Shown: positions 44,802-56,707, numbered from the stretch's first letter. The stretch is 64,000 bases of DNA from Pachysolen tannophilus NRRL Y-2460 (GCA_001661245.1 KV454012.1:402147-466146), one strand, 5' to 3'. Notes: generated by a model not told the origin, from the letters alone. Numbers and translations are program-made.

Positions 44802-46925
44802 ATGAGTGTAAAAAATAATACTCTTTCTCCGGTAATTGAAACTGTTGGAGATGAATCAGAAATTACTAATATAGACGAATTGGTGTTTAATCCTAGATCA
44901 AAAGTTAAACAATTCACTGAAACTATGAGTTCAAGAATTCCAGATCCAATGTTATCTTCAGATGAAGAATCGGAAGATGATGATGAAAATGATGCTTATG
45001 ATAATAATATAATGAATCTTTCAGATGATTCCAATGATTACTATGTTTATGGTAAGGCCGATCTTGATTATAGCTCTGGTGATAATTCATTTGATACTAC
45101 CAATTTTAGAGGTCGTCCTTCCTCATGCGTTTTCGTCGCTAGTCTTGCAGCTGCTATGTCAGATGACCACTTATGCATTTCTGTTACAAAACATTTTAAA
45201 AAATGGGGGAAATTGGCAATGGTTAAAGTTCTTCGTGATCCATCAAATAGGCCATACGCTTTTGTTCAATACACTAATGACGAAGATGCCAAACGAGCAT
45301 TGAAAGGTGCACAACACTCAATTCTTGATGGTAGAGCTATACGTTGTGAACCAGCAAGAGTCAATCGTACCTTGTACGTAGCGACAACAAGTGATGCTGC
45401 ATTAAAAGAAGTTGATATTAGGAAAAATTTAGAGATTTTTGGAGAAATTGAACAACTTGTAGGTATTGGAAGCCTAGATAAGACAATGTTTTCTGCAACC
45501 AAGAGAAACGGCTATAACAACTATAACAACAACAATAACAGTAATAATAATAATAATAATAATATTAATAATAATAATAATCCAAATTCAGGTCATAGAG
45601 CTTGGTTTTGTAAATTTGTTTATCGTGATGATGCAATAAGAGCTTATGCGGACTTGAGAGTAAAACCATTTTGGATTGTGGAGTGGGCCCAAAATTTAGA
45701 TGCTGTTGACAAACCTAGTGGTGATGAAATTGCTGAAGTTACTATTGATAAATTTTCTATTTTTGTAGGCCAATTGAGTGCCAAAGTAACAAAAGAAAAA
45801 TTATTGCAAAGGTTTAAACGTCATGGTAAAATTGCTGAATCCAATTTAATCTCTCGTCAACAAAATACTTTTGCATTTATCAAATATGAAACTGAAGTTG
45901 CTGCTGCTGCTGCTGTTGAAAGAGAAAATCATGCTATGCTTTTGGATAAAACTATGCATGTGCAATATCGTGAAATGCATCACCATGTGAAGAAGCGTTC
46001 TCAGGCTTCAAAAGCACCATCTTTATTAAACTTGGCTCCACCACCAGTTAACTTACCAGTTAGAAGAGCTAGTACTGGTTCAATTTTAAAACCTTCTGCT
46101 GCCCCATCTGTTCCACAAATTTCCACCATTCCATTGAGAAATCAAATGGGAAATTTTGGCTTTCAAGATCAAGCAGTTTCTGGACCAAATAATAACTCTA
46201 AAACTTATTCTTTTAATAACTACAATAATTCGAATAATAAAGCAATGTCAGCAAGTCACAACTGCGGTAATCAGAGTTCAAGCACTTTTAGTGAAAAATA
46301 CGCATCTACAAATTTCAACGATGATGAATCTCTACATGGAATTTGTTCCAACCAGTTCATATCAGAACCTACAGCTTATAGCTTCAGAAGTTCAAATTTT
46401 AGCAGTATGAGAGAGAGTGATCAATTAAGAACACCAACGGAAATGCGTACAGCCAATGGCACTATCTCAGAACCAAAATCACCAACACCATCGCCAACAG
46501 TTCGTACAGCTAACTCAACTTCAGTTGCAAAAACATTATATTCACCTACAACTGTATCAGGTGAACACCTGGAAGAAGGAAAGAATGAGTCTGAATCAAC
46601 AAATAACCTCACCAGGCAAACCACAATTAATGCGAATAATAATTTTATGCCAAATGCAGCTTCAGTTCCTTACTATTATTACTTGCCTAGTAGCCAAGTA
46701 GATATGTATGGTAATTATGCAGATGTAACGAAATTACCACCAAATAGTTATTACTATTATAATCCTCCAAATTATCAGTACTATTATGCAGATGCTACCA
46801 TTCCTGGTGCTGCCGACACTTATTCGCCATACAACTTTATGTATTATTCTACTGCAATTGCTAATCCTCCAAAAGTTAATCATGGAGTTAACAAGCCACC
46901 ATCAAAATCAAAGAATCGTGTTTAG
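44802..46925 (+). CDS. RIM4: Meiotic RRM RNA-binding protein
   Basis: FRGRPSSCVFVASLAA, KVLRDPSNRPYAFVQY, GRAIRCEPARVNRTL, IDKFSIFVGQL; N/Y-rich C-terminus; first ATG at 44802. Confidence 0.9.
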   Translation: MSVKNNTLSPVIETVGDESEITNIDELVFNPRSKVKQFTETMSSRIPDPMLSSDEESEDDDENDAYDNNIMNLSDDSNDYYVYGKADLDYSSGDNSFDTTNFRGRPSSCVFVASLAAAMSDDHLCISVTKHFKKWGKLAMVKVLRDPSNRPYAFVQYTNDEDAKRALKGAQHSILDGRAIRCEPARVNRTLYVATTSDAALKEVDIRKNLEIFGEIEQLVGIGSLDKTMFSATKRNGYNNYNNNNNSNNNNNNNINNNNNPNSGHRAWFCKFVYRDDAIRAYADLRVKPFWIVEWAQNLDAVDKPSGDEIAEVTIDKFSIFVGQLSAKVTKEKLLQRFKRHGKIAESNLISRQQNTFAFIKYETEVAAAAAVERENHAMLLDKTMHVQYREMHHHVKKRSQASKAPSLLNLAPPPVNLPVRRASTGSILKPSAAPSVPQISTIPLRNQMGNFGFQDQAVSGPNNNSKTYSFNNYNNSNNKAMSASHNCGNQSSSTFSEKYASTNFNDDESLHGICSNQFISEPTAYSFRSSNFSSMRESDQLRTPTEMRTANGTISEPKSPTPSPTVRTANSTSVAKTLYSPTTVSGEHLEEGKNESESTNNLTRQTTINANNNFMPNAASVPYYYYLPSSQVDMYGNYADVTKLPPNSYYYYNPPNYQYYYADATIPGAADTYSPYNFMYYSTAIANPPKVNHGVNKPPSKSKNRV

Positions 46926-47561
46926 ATATTTGAGTTTCGAAAACAATATTATCGCATTAATTTTAAAGGGTATAAACAAACTCATTTTGCAAGATTTTTA
47001 CAAGAAAGATTAGTTACAAATTTGTATTGATCAACTTAATTTATTTTTTGGTGAATTTTACGTATCACAAGAATATTATCTTGTTTCCTATATATTTTTT
47101 TTTTCTCTTCTTTTTTCTTTTTTGTCTTATTTTTGGTTGCTTCATCAAGTTTTGTAATTTTTTTTTGGTTTTTTTATTTTTTTAGTTCTTTTTTTTGGGG
47201 GGATATTTTTATAATTTGAGTGTTATTCGGTCCTTATACATATACTTACTTATATTAATACTTATTTTTGGGTTTCGTTTTTCCTACTTAATTTTTTTGT
47301 TATATCTTTATTATTATGATTAAAAGGTTTAATTAAGTAAATGATATATATACATATATATAAATATAAAATATTAATATAATTTAGTTGAATATAGTAA
47401 TTAGACCTTGAATTGAAAAAATATAACAATTTTTTTTTGCAATTCTAGAAAAGTAACTTGTATTTAACGACCCAAATAAAACTAAACAAAATTTAATTAT
47501 TAGAGAAGTCATCACAATTATCATTTGTCTATTTTGATTAAAATATCAAGTGGCAACAAAT

Positions 47562-49238
47562 ATGTCTGATGATGAATCGCTTTATCGAACATCACTTGAA
47601 TTAGCCAATGTAATTTCCAAGACTTACTTCAAACAAAGTAAAGATAATAATTCAAAGGTGAAAACAAAGAAATCTTCACAGAAATTATCGGAATCAGAGT
47701 TATCTAAATTATTTTATTCATCACTTTCTTCAAAGAAACTAGTTAGTAACCAACCATGGAAAGAAGACGTTAATTATTTTGAGACAGCATACATTTCCTC
47801 CTTGGCGTTGTTGAAAATGACAATGCATGCAAGGTCTGGTGGATCTATTGAAATCATGGGGATGATGACTGGTAAAATTTTTGAAAACTCGATAGTAGTG
47901 ATGGATTGCTATCCATTACCTGTAGAAGGAACAGAAACTAGAGTTAATGCACAATCGGAAGGTTATGAATTTATGGTTCAATACCTTGATAATTTGAAAA
48001 AATTGAATAGATTTGAAAATATTGTCGGATGGTATCATTCTCACCCTGGGTATGGGTGCTGGTTGAGTGGAATTGATGTCGCTACACAATCTTTGAATCA
48101 ACAGTTTCAGGATCCATATTTAGCAGTGGTCATAGATCCGGAAAGAACTATGCTGAATAAAAGAGTTGAGATTGGTGCTTTTAGAACATATCCTGAAAAT
48201 AGCAATAACAACGCTAATAATGATAATGATAAAAATAATAATCGTAGTGGTGATAATGGTGGCATCAATCCAAAAGTAGCGAGACGTGGGAGTGTTCCTT
48301 TATCAAAATTGAATGATTTCGGTGTACATCACGATAGGTATTACTCCTTAGATGTTAAGTTTTTCAAATCTGATATTGATTCTAAATTTATGAGTAACTT
48401 ATACGATAATAAATATTGGTCATCCGAATTATTGAACAAAGAAACTAATGAAATGTACGAGAAAGAAGTGGAAGCAATTTTAGATATCTCGCTGAAATTG
48501 GATAATTATAAGATTCCAAAAATGAATAATGGCAACAACAATACTAATGAAAATATAGATGATAAAACTGTCTTGAACAGTAATCGTGATATTTTAGCTG
48601 TTTCTGAAAGAAATTCATATTCATTAGGAAGTCCAAGCTCTACTGGGAGAAAATTAATAACTGGTTCTCATGGAGAGACAACTCCCGAGATGACTCAAAA
48701 TCAGATTTCAGTAGAGCATAAAGGAAAACACAAAAATGTTAAAAAAATTTCAAACATACTGTGGTCACTATTATCTTCCAACAACGCCCGTAATACTGAA
48801 TCTTTAGGTTTAAACTCTGCTGAAATAACGGAAAGTGATAATGATAGTGATCAGATTATGATTGATGAAAACTCCGATGAAAAAGAAGATATAGACAGCA
48901 GTGACATTGAAATTGCAGAGGAAGGTCATAAATCCAAATCACCAGCTTCTCGACATGAAATTGTTGGGAAAAGCAATTTAGAAACTCCAGGGGATATTGT
49001 GAGTGGGGATAAAAGTGCTGCTATGAGAAAGAAAATATTGAAACAAGATCCAATAAAGAAAAAAATCAGTAATAACAGTAAACTTAGAAATGAAGTACTG
49101 TCACTTCAAGAATTATTTGATACTGTCAAACCACCAACAGTTGAAAATATAGTTAAGGAATCTTGTAAATTACTTTCCGAGAATTTGAATAAGTTGATGC
49201 TTTTACAAATGCAACAAGATCTATTTTCAGATGACTAA
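47562..49238 (+). CDS. RRI1: COP9 signalosome catalytic subunit 5 (JAMM)
   Basis: ALLKMTMHARSGGSIEIMG, LPVEGTETRVNA, GWYHSHPGYGCWLSGID. Confidence 0.93.
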   Translation: MSDDESLYRTSLELANVISKTYFKQSKDNNSKVKTKKSSQKLSESELSKLFYSSLSSKKLVSNQPWKEDVNYFETAYISSLALLKMTMHARSGGSIEIMGMMTGKIFENSIVVMDCYPLPVEGTETRVNAQSEGYEFMVQYLDNLKKLNRFENIVGWYHSHPGYGCWLSGIDVATQSLNQQFQDPYLAVVIDPERTMLNKRVEIGAFRTYPENSNNNANNDNDKNNNRSGDNGGINPKVARRGSVPLSKLNDFGVHHDRYYSLDVKFFKSDIDSKFMSNLYDNKYWSSELLNKETNEMYEKEVEAILDISLKLDNYKIPKMNNGNNNTNENIDDKTVLNSNRDILAVSERNSYSLGSPSSTGRKLITGSHGETTPEMTQNQISVEHKGKHKNVKKISNILWSLLSSNNARNTESLGLNSAEITESDNDSDQIMIDENSDEKEDIDSSDIEIAEEGHKSKSPASRHEIVGKSNLETPGDIVSGDKSAAMRKKILKQDPIKKKISNNSKLRNEVLSLQELFDTVKPPTVENIVKESCKLLSENLNKLMLLQMQQDLFSDD

Positions 49239-49271
49239 TTGATATATACATATATATATATATAAGGAGGT

Positions 49272-50591
49272 CTATAAAGTTTTTTTGTATTTTGTTTCCC
49301 AGAGGCTAATTCCAGATAATCCAACTTCAGTAATAGTTGAGTCTATTGAGTCTAATGGGTCTATTGGGTCTCTTTCCCCATTAGTGATGCCTATGATATT
49401 AACATCAGTTAAAGGGTTGACTTTAACGCAAGAAATATTTGGATCAAATTTCAAATTTTTATTATTATCATTGATTTTAAATAAAACTTCACAATCACAA
49501 TCGATACCTAATTCAGAATTTTCCCAAATTTTAACTTCTCCATTATTTGAACCTGCTATTATTCCTTGAGAATTTGGTAAAATATCAACAAATTTTTTCT
49601 GATTTTTATTTTCTAGACAACTTTGTTTCCAATTTGTGAGAGTTCCTACTTTCATTAAATTCATTCTTAAATCCAAAATATCGATATCATCTTTTGATCT
49701 TGCTATTGAATATAAGAATCTACCATTATTTGATTCTATTATTTGTTGAATTCCATTACCTTGTTTAAATAAATTAGATTTCATCACCGTCTCACGTGAT
49801 CTGGTATCTAATATATTAATTTGATTTTTTATATATGAACCAAAAAAAATACAATCTCCAATTAAAGAATTTGATTTACTTTTTTCTAAACAACTAATTA
49901 TACCAGTTTTTTTAAAAATCTTATGCCAAATAGGAATTGAGCGATTGATATCAAATAAAGCTATATTATTTGTACTTCCTGCTAAAAATTTCCCATTTTT
50001 TAAAAAATTTAACGCTGTTGTATCTAAAAATTTGTCATGCATTATATCTTTAAAATAATATTGAGATATTAAAGAAGATTTTTCTTCTTTTTCTTCTTCT
50101 TCCTTTGGAGATAAATCTACCAACCTCAAAGGAACACCTCTTAAAGAAACCAAAATGTTATTATTTTCCCTTACTTCATTTTCCAGACCATATAATGAAA
50201 ATAAAGAATTAGGTGAATAACTTAATATAGGCATATTTTGATAAATTCTAAGAAACGGTACTAATTGATTATTTTTTTCAATTTTGTCTTGTCTATCCAA
50301 TATATCAGGTGGAAGCAAAAACAACCTGATCCCAAAATCCTCATGAACAGAAATAAATGAAGTCCCATCATAAGACCAATGCATGGATCTAGCCAAATTA
50401 ATAACATTTGCTTTAAAATTTGAATTTTTAAAACATTCTTCATTTTTATAAATAGGCGCTGATAACAGCGGATACCTATAACCTCCACTATCGCCCAATA
50501 TTAAACCATGCCAGTATTCCTCCCTCAGCCAAGAATCTATAAAATTAGTTTGACCATATATATCTCCACTACAGGACAATATTCGGGACAT
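49272..50591 (-). CDS. SWT21: WD40 protein Swt21 (WDR79/TCAB1-like)
   Basis: WSYDGTSFISVHEDFGIRLFLLP; WD-like repeats; next to UBP10 as in S. cerevisiae. Confidence 0.8.
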   Translation of the reverse strand: MSRILSCSGDIYGQTNFIDSWLREEYWHGLILGDSGGYRYPLLSAPIYKNEECFKNSNFKANVINLARSMHWSYDGTSFISVHEDFGIRLFLLPPDILDRQDKIEKNNQLVPFLRIYQNMPILSYSPNSLFSLYGLENEVRENNNILVSLRGVPLRLVDLSPKEEEEKEEKSSLISQYYFKDIMHDKFLDTTALNFLKNGKFLAGSTNNIALFDINRSIPIWHKIFKKTGIISCLEKSKSNSLIGDCIFFGSYIKNQINILDTRSRETVMKSNLFKQGNGIQQIIESNNGRFLYSIARSKDDIDILDLRMNLMKVGTLTNWKQSCLENKNQKKFVDILPNSQGIIAGSNNGEVKIWENSELGIDCDCEVLFKINDNNKNLKFDPNISCVKVNPLTDVNIIGITNGERDPIDPLDSIDSTITEVGLSGISLWETKYKKTL

Positions 50592-51447
50592 CAACTCATA
50601 TCAATCTCTTTAATTTCTTTGTCTTTCTCTAACTTAAACTAATATTTTCCTACGCAAAAAAATAAAAAAAAAATTAATCATACAAATAGAGAGTAGTGTC
50701 ACAAACACACAATTGGCCTAAATCAGGCAAAAAAAAACAAAAAAAAACAAAAGAAAAAAAAAAAAAAAAAAAAAAAAATTTTTTTTTTTTTTTTTTTTTT
50801 GAACTGACAAAAGACCAAAGAAGAAGAAGAAACGCTTAAAAACTAAAAATTTACCCTTTTAAATATATATATAATTTATTCTAATTATTATCTTGTAAAA
50901 ATTCATATAATTACAAGATTTAATATTTTTTTAAATTTAAAACTGAGGTTTTCTTAAAGGTAGTAGTTACCGCTGAAGGATAAGAATATTTTTATAACAG
51001 ATAAGCAACTTGTTTTGAAGTTTTTAGTTATAATTCTATTTTGTTGCTCTTTTGTTACTTCCATCGCATCTCAGGGCTTACTTTTTTTTTCTTTTTTTCT
51101 TAGCGCTTACAAAACAGCTGCTGGAGATCATATTTAATACAAGACGAAATTGAACTTTCATACACTACTTGTGAGGTGGTTTTGGGTTTTTCTTTTTTCT
51201 TTTTTTTTTTTTTTCGTTTGTAACATCTTATATCAGGTTGAGCAAATTGTGTTTCAAAATATCATAGGTGTTGTTGTATTCTTTGGATTAGAATTAGAAG
51301 ATAATTAAAGATTAGATTGGTTTTTTCTTTGTTGTTTTTGTTGTTGTTATTATTATTATTCTTATTATTGTTGAGGAATTATTAAGCCTTAACTGTATCC
51401 AAAGTTTTTTTTTTTTTTTTTTACTTTTTCGTTTTGTCTTGTTTTAA

Positions 51448-53901
51448 ATGTCTAATTTTAACGGCAATAGTGGAAGCAGTTTTATTGATAATAGCAACAT
51501 TAACGCCCCTATAATAGATAGAATTCTATCTGATCCAATTACTTTTGTGAAGGCGAAACATCCGGATTTAATAAAGAATAAGCCTTCGAGTTATATAACA
51601 TTTAGTAATAAGGACAAGAAGAAAGAACAAAAGGATAAATTGGTTTCGGATAAAGGAAAAGAGGATTTTAATTCTAAGTTGAATGATATTTCAATAAATA
51701 ATAATAATAATAATATGAAACCAAAGCCAAAGTCAATGGCAGAAGCAGTTGCTGCATATACTGGGAAGAAATTTTTAACAAAATCCGAAAGAAGAAGGTT
51801 GAAATTAGAGGCTAGTAGAAATTTGAAATCTTTAGAAAATGAGGGAATTCAACAAAATTTAAAAGAAAATGGAGTTGGTGAATCTGATTTGAAGAAAATT
51901 TCAAGTGATATTCCTTTTGAAGAAGAAGAAGAAGGAGATGACGCGTCTTCTATTTTAGATATAGATATCGATGAAAAAGAAATTGATGGGGAATTGCCAT
52001 CTAGTGATGATGCCGACTATCAGACAGCTGATGAGCAAGATTCAGTGGAAGAAGAAGAAGATGATGAAGATGAAGAAGACGAAGTAGAGGAAGAAAATGA
52101 GGAAGATGAAGAAGACGAGGAAGATGAGGATATAAATGGGCCAACCGAAAGTGATCCTGATGACGAATTGGTTAGACCACAAATCCCGGATAAAGAAGAA
52201 CTAAATGATTCGGATTATAATTCACATGCAATCAAAGATGTTTCACATCCTCCATCTACAGTGGTGAAACAATTAAAACCTTCACAGAAAGAAGATGAAG
52301 AAGATGAAGATGAAGACGAAAAGGACAAAGATGAAGATGAAGATAACAAGGAAGGTGCACAACAACAGACTAGTACACCGCCCACTTCACCAGAAGAAGA
52401 AGAAGAAGACCAACAAAAAGATGGAAAAGATGGAAAAGATGAAAATAAACTTTTGTATTTCTCTAATGATGATTTTTTACAAATAGATGAAAACCCAAAT
52501 GATAGAGGTTCAAATGGTTCAAAAAGAATTTATAAAAACTGGAGGGAATTGCGGAATTTAAAACCTTTGGGGCTAATAAATCAAGGCGTGACTTGTTATA
52601 TGAATGCTGCAATCCAGGCTCTTTTACATATTCCAGCAGTTCAGCATTATTTGGTTGATGTTGCAAAAGGTGAATATGATATTGTTCTCCCACCAAGGTC
52701 TGTATCAAAGACATTTGCTGAAACTTCAGTAAAAATTTGGCAATTAAACAACAATGGAGATCGGAAAATAACAATGATTAATCCAAAAAGACTAATTAAA
52801 AGATTACCAGATATTAATTGTATGATGTCAGAATGGCAACAAGAAGATTCTCATGAATATTTTATGTCATTAATGGGTAGATTACAAGAAGATTCAACTC
52901 CAAAGGGACATAAGTTAAACGAAAGTATCATATATGACATATTCGGAGGATTATTACATCAATCAGTAACTTGTAAGAGTTGTGGTCATGTTTCTAATAC
53001 TAGACAGGAATTTTATGATTTGAGTTTAAATTTGGATAGCAAGAAAAGAAAAGAGCAATCGAATAATAATGAAAGTGGCACCACCGGTAATAATAATAAT
53101 CATAATAATAATAATAATAATAATAATAACGATAATAATAATAATAATAACAATAGCAATGGCATTAATGAAAATAGTAATCATGATAATAAGAATAACA
53201 TCAGTACAGATAATGTCGTACAGAATGGTAATGGAAATATTAACGAAAATGAGAACGGTAACAACTATAATAATAATTTCAGCTCAAGTTCTGAAGAAGA
53301 AACAAAGCAGCGTTATTCTGTTGAAAGGTCCATAAGTGAATTTTTCTCTCCTGAGTTAATTAAGACAGATAAAAAGGATAAATCGGGATATGTTTGTGAG
53401 AAATGTTCCAAGAGAACTAATGCTATCAAACAAAATCAAATTTTTAGATCACCTGAAACTCTTACCGTTCATTTAAAGAAATTTAGATTTAATGGTATAT
53501 CGTCTTCAAAATTAAAAGTTGGCGTTTCATTTCCTTCGATGTTAGATTTGACTGATTTTACTCAAAATAAAGATCCAACAAGGTATCAATTAATTGCAGT
53601 GGTGGTGCATGAGGGTAGATCTGTATCTTCAGGACATTATATTATTCAATGCAGACAACCTGATGGTAGTTGGGCAGAATATGATGATGAATACATTAAC
53701 AAATTGAATGAAAAAGAAGTACTAAAGAACAGTTCTGCATACTTTTTAATTTATACAAGATTGACTCATAAATCAAAAGTCACAGATTGGGATGCTAATG
53801 CTGTTTATAACCCAAAAAGAAAAAACGAAAACTTCAGTAATGATAACAATAATAGATCGTCCAAACGTCTCAAAAAAAGTCATAACAACGCTACTAACTA
53901 A
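51448..53901 (+). CDS. UBP10: USP-family deubiquitinase
   Basis: GLINQGVTCYMNA, WQQEDSHEYF, HEGRSVSSGHY; PKSMAEA and acidic N-terminus. Confidence 0.92.
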   Translation: MSNFNGNSGSSFIDNSNINAPIIDRILSDPITFVKAKHPDLIKNKPSSYITFSNKDKKKEQKDKLVSDKGKEDFNSKLNDISINNNNNNMKPKPKSMAEAVAAYTGKKFLTKSERRRLKLEASRNLKSLENEGIQQNLKENGVGESDLKKISSDIPFEEEEEGDDASSILDIDIDEKEIDGELPSSDDADYQTADEQDSVEEEEDDEDEEDEVEEENEEDEEDEEDEDINGPTESDPDDELVRPQIPDKEELNDSDYNSHAIKDVSHPPSTVVKQLKPSQKEDEEDEDEDEKDKDEDEDNKEGAQQQTSTPPTSPEEEEEDQQKDGKDGKDENKLLYFSNDDFLQIDENPNDRGSNGSKRIYKNWRELRNLKPLGLINQGVTCYMNAAIQALLHIPAVQHYLVDVAKGEYDIVLPPRSVSKTFAETSVKIWQLNNNGDRKITMINPKRLIKRLPDINCMMSEWQQEDSHEYFMSLMGRLQEDSTPKGHKLNESIIYDIFGGLLHQSVTCKSCGHVSNTRQEFYDLSLNLDSKKRKEQSNNNESGTTGNNNNHNNNNNNNNNDNNNNNNNSNGINENSNHDNKNNISTDNVVQNGNGNINENENGNNYNNNFSSSSEEETKQRYSVERSISEFFSPELIKTDKKDKSGYVCEKCSKRTNAIKQNQIFRSPETLTVHLKKFRFNGISSSKLKVGVSFPSMLDLTDFTQNKDPTRYQLIAVVVHEGRSVSSGHYIIQCRQPDGSWAEYDDEYINKLNEKEVLKNSSAYFLIYTRLTHKSKVTDWDANAVYNPKRKNENFSNDNNNRSSKRLKKSHNNATN

Positions 53902-54203
53902 TTAGTTGTTGCAATCTTTAAACAAGAAATTTCTGCATGGTATATATATAGTAATATATAATATTCTTAATTGTTTGCATTCAAGTTTTTTTTTTTTTTT
54001 TTTCTTTTCAATTCATTTTCTTTTCCTTCAAAAAGAATAGTCATTCAATTAGTTGTTTACTTTTCTTTTTTTTTATTTTTTATTTTTTTTTTTGCTTGGT
54101 TTCATTTTTGAAGTTCTGTCTATGTAATACTAGGATTTTATTTAGTTTTCTAAAAGAAAAAAACGAACAAAATCGTTATGAAAAGTCTAAAAATTTAAAT
54201 CAA

Positions 54204-55166
54204 TTAATTTCCTTTCTTTCCTATAGCCATCACAAGTTCATTTTCAACTAGATATGTCTTTGTCCTTGTGCCATCCAGTTCTAAAATCTGAAACATTTTC
54301 AATTCATTTTTTTCCAATTTTTCAACATTTTCCTTAGAACAATGATTTTTAATAAACTTCAGAGCTCTATACATTTTCAACTTTGCTACTGGTTCAACTC
54401 TGATATCTACAAGTCCAGCTTTTCCAAAAGTATCTAATAGTTTTTTTCTCGATATTCCATGTAATTGTCTCACTGCTTCGTTATTATTTATATGGTGGTC
54501 ATGATGATTTTGAAGTTCGATATCAGAATTATAAAAATCCAATATGATCAAAGTTCCATTAGGCAGTAAATATCCTGATAGTCTAGCAGTTATTTGATCA
54601 ATGTCTTCTAGGTGGTGATATGATATCGTACAATAAACTATATCGAATTTTGCTTGATTTAATTCTTTCGGCTCTTCTAAGCTATTTCTAACGTTGAAAG
54701 TATTATCTAAGATATCATACCTATAACTTACAACTTCGATCCCATTTTTGTAAAAAAAATTTTCAAAAGAATTACAAAACTTGAATCTATCATTGAAATT
54801 ATTTAAAACTGGTTGTGAAATGTCAATTCCAACTATTTTTGAATTTGGTAATAAATGAGAAGCAATATCATATGTGACTAAACCAGTTCCACATGCAAAA
54901 TCCAATATTTTTAAACCTTCTTTCGACCTAAAAATACCACCATCACTAATACCTCGGAGAAATAAACTTCTATCAATACGAACAGTTAAATCCACATCCG
55001 ATAAATCAATTTTAGGTAACTCATCAATATAACTAGTTCCTACCGATAAGAGAATCTTGGATAGTACTAAACTTTGATTCAGTATCTCCATCCTCTTATC
55101 GTAATCGTCCGCCTTTTCCTGGGAAAAATGTTTAATATTAAGACTCCTTGCCTCAGAATGTGACAT
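54204..55166 (-). CDS. Class I SAM-dependent methyltransferase, substrate unknown
   Basis: ILDFACGTG, VGIDIS, FDIVYCTISYHH, LLPNGTLIILDF. Confidence 0.85.
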   Translation of the reverse strand: MSHSEARSLNIKHFSQEKADDYDKRMEILNQSLVLSKILLSVGTSYIDELPKIDLSDVDLTVRIDRSLFLRGISDGGIFRSKEGLKILDFACGTGLVTYDIASHLLPNSKIVGIDISQPVLNNFNDRFKFCNSFENFFYKNGIEVVSYRYDILDNTFNVRNSLEEPKELNQAKFDIVYCTISYHHLEDIDQITARLSGYLLPNGTLIILDFYNSDIELQNHHDHHINNNEAVRQLHGISRKKLLDTFGKAGLVDIRVEPVAKLKMYRALKFIKNHCSKENVEKLEKNELKMFQILELDGTRTKTYLVENELVMAIGKKGN

Positions 55167-55434
55167 CGCCAACCGTTATACGTTCTCTTCTCTTCTCTTC
55201 CTTTCTATGGAATTCTGCTATTTTGAAATCAACTCATCTTTCATCATCTTCTTTAGTATTGAGGCTAAAAAGGTAGTGAGTAGATTCTGAATACAAAAAC
55301 ATAGTTGAAAAAAAAAATGAAAGAAATGAAAAAATGAAAAAAATATTTGAAAACTTCAATTTTTCAACAAGTTTTTTATATTAATTGATCAATATATATA
55401 GAGATATTGTCTTTGTGTTGTCTTTCTGAGTAAT

Positions 55435-55872
55435 ATGTCAGCTAAGAACGTGATTATAAAGCTTATAGTTGGAGCCGGACAGGCTGCTCCATCGCCGCCT
55501 GTTGGTCCTGCTCTTGGTTCTAAAGGTGTCAAGGCTATAGATTTTTGCAAAGAGTTTAATGCTAGAACTGCAACATATGAACCAGGTGTTCCAATACCAG
55601 CTTTAGTGGTAGTTAAGCCGGATAGGTCTTTTACATTTGAATTAAAATCCCCTCAGACGTCGTTTTTGCTATTGAAGGCAGCTAAGTTGGAAAAAGGTGC
55701 AGCCAAGGTGGGAAAAAACTATAAGCCTATTGCTGAAATAAGTTTAAAGCATGTTTATGAAATTGCCAAGATTAAGAAAACTGATCAAAGACATGCAAAA
55801 TTAGAGATGGAAAATATTTGCAAGAGTATTATTAATACTGCTAAAAGTATGGGTATTGAAGTAGTTGAGTAA
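55435..55872 (+). CDS. MRPL19: Mitochondrial ribosomal protein uL11m
   Basis: [34 protein letters not shown]. Confidence 0.95.
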   Translation: MSAKNVIIKLIVGAGQAAPSPPVGPALGSKGVKAIDFCKEFNARTATYEPGVPIPALVVVKPDRSFTFELKSPQTSFLLLKAAKLEKGAAKVGKNYKPIAEISLKHVYEIAKIKKTDQRHAKLEMENICKSIINTAKSMGIEVVE

Positions 55873-55898
55873 GTTTGAAGTGTTTGAAAACGCAATTC

Positions 55899-55906
55899 TG
55901 TATATA
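55899..55906 (+). promoter_or_regulatory. Puf3-type 3'UTR element
   Basis: TGTATATA about 27 nt after the MRPL19 stop. Confidence 0.5.
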
Positions 55907-56308
55907 AAATATTATCATATAGTTCTTGGAAGTTACTTAAATATATATTGCACAAGCTATTTATAATAAAAACGAAAAGCAATTTTTATAGATGTACTAA
56001 ATTTTAAAAAAAAAAATATAAAAAGAACGAAATTTTTGGTGAAACGCAAGAGTCATAAGAATCAAATAATAAAAAAAAAAAGAATGAATAAAATAAAAAA
56101 AAAAAATAATATAATTTAGATATAAATGAGTAAAGAGAATTAAAAAAAAAAAAAAAAAGTGAATCAAAATGAATAAATAAAAAATAAAAAACATCTAAGA
56201 GAGAATAAAAAAACAACAAACTGACCAACAAAAGTTTTAGTTCAAAGATGAAACCAAAAAGAAAGCAAATATCTTGAGTTTTTTTCTTCTTTCTTTCTTT
56301 TTTTTTTT

Positions 56309-56682
56309 NNNNNNNNNNNNNNNNNNNNNNNNNNNNNNNNNNNNNNNNNNNNNNNNNNNNNNNNNNNNNNNNNNNNNNNNNNNNNNNNNNNNNNNNNNNN
56401 NNNNNNNNNNNNNNNNNNNNNNNNNNNNNNNNNNNNNNNNNNNNNNNNNNNNNNNNNNNNNNNNNNNNNNNNNNNNNNNNNNNNNNNNNNNNNNNNNNNN
56501 NNNNNNNNNNNNNNNNNNNNNNNNNNNNNNNNNNNNNNNNNNNNNNNNNNNNNNNNNNNNNNNNNNNNNNNNNNNNNNNNNNNNNNNNNNNNNNNNNNNN
56601 NNNNNNNNNNNNNNNNNNNNNNNNNNNNNNNNNNNNNNNNNNNNNNNNNNNNNNNNNNNNNNNNNNNNNNNNNNNNNNNNNN
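56309..56682. other. Assembly gap (N run) flanked by poly-T
   Basis: 374 N bases. Confidence 0.99.
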
Positions 56683-56707
56683 TTTTTTTTTTTTTTTTGA
56701 TTTTTCA

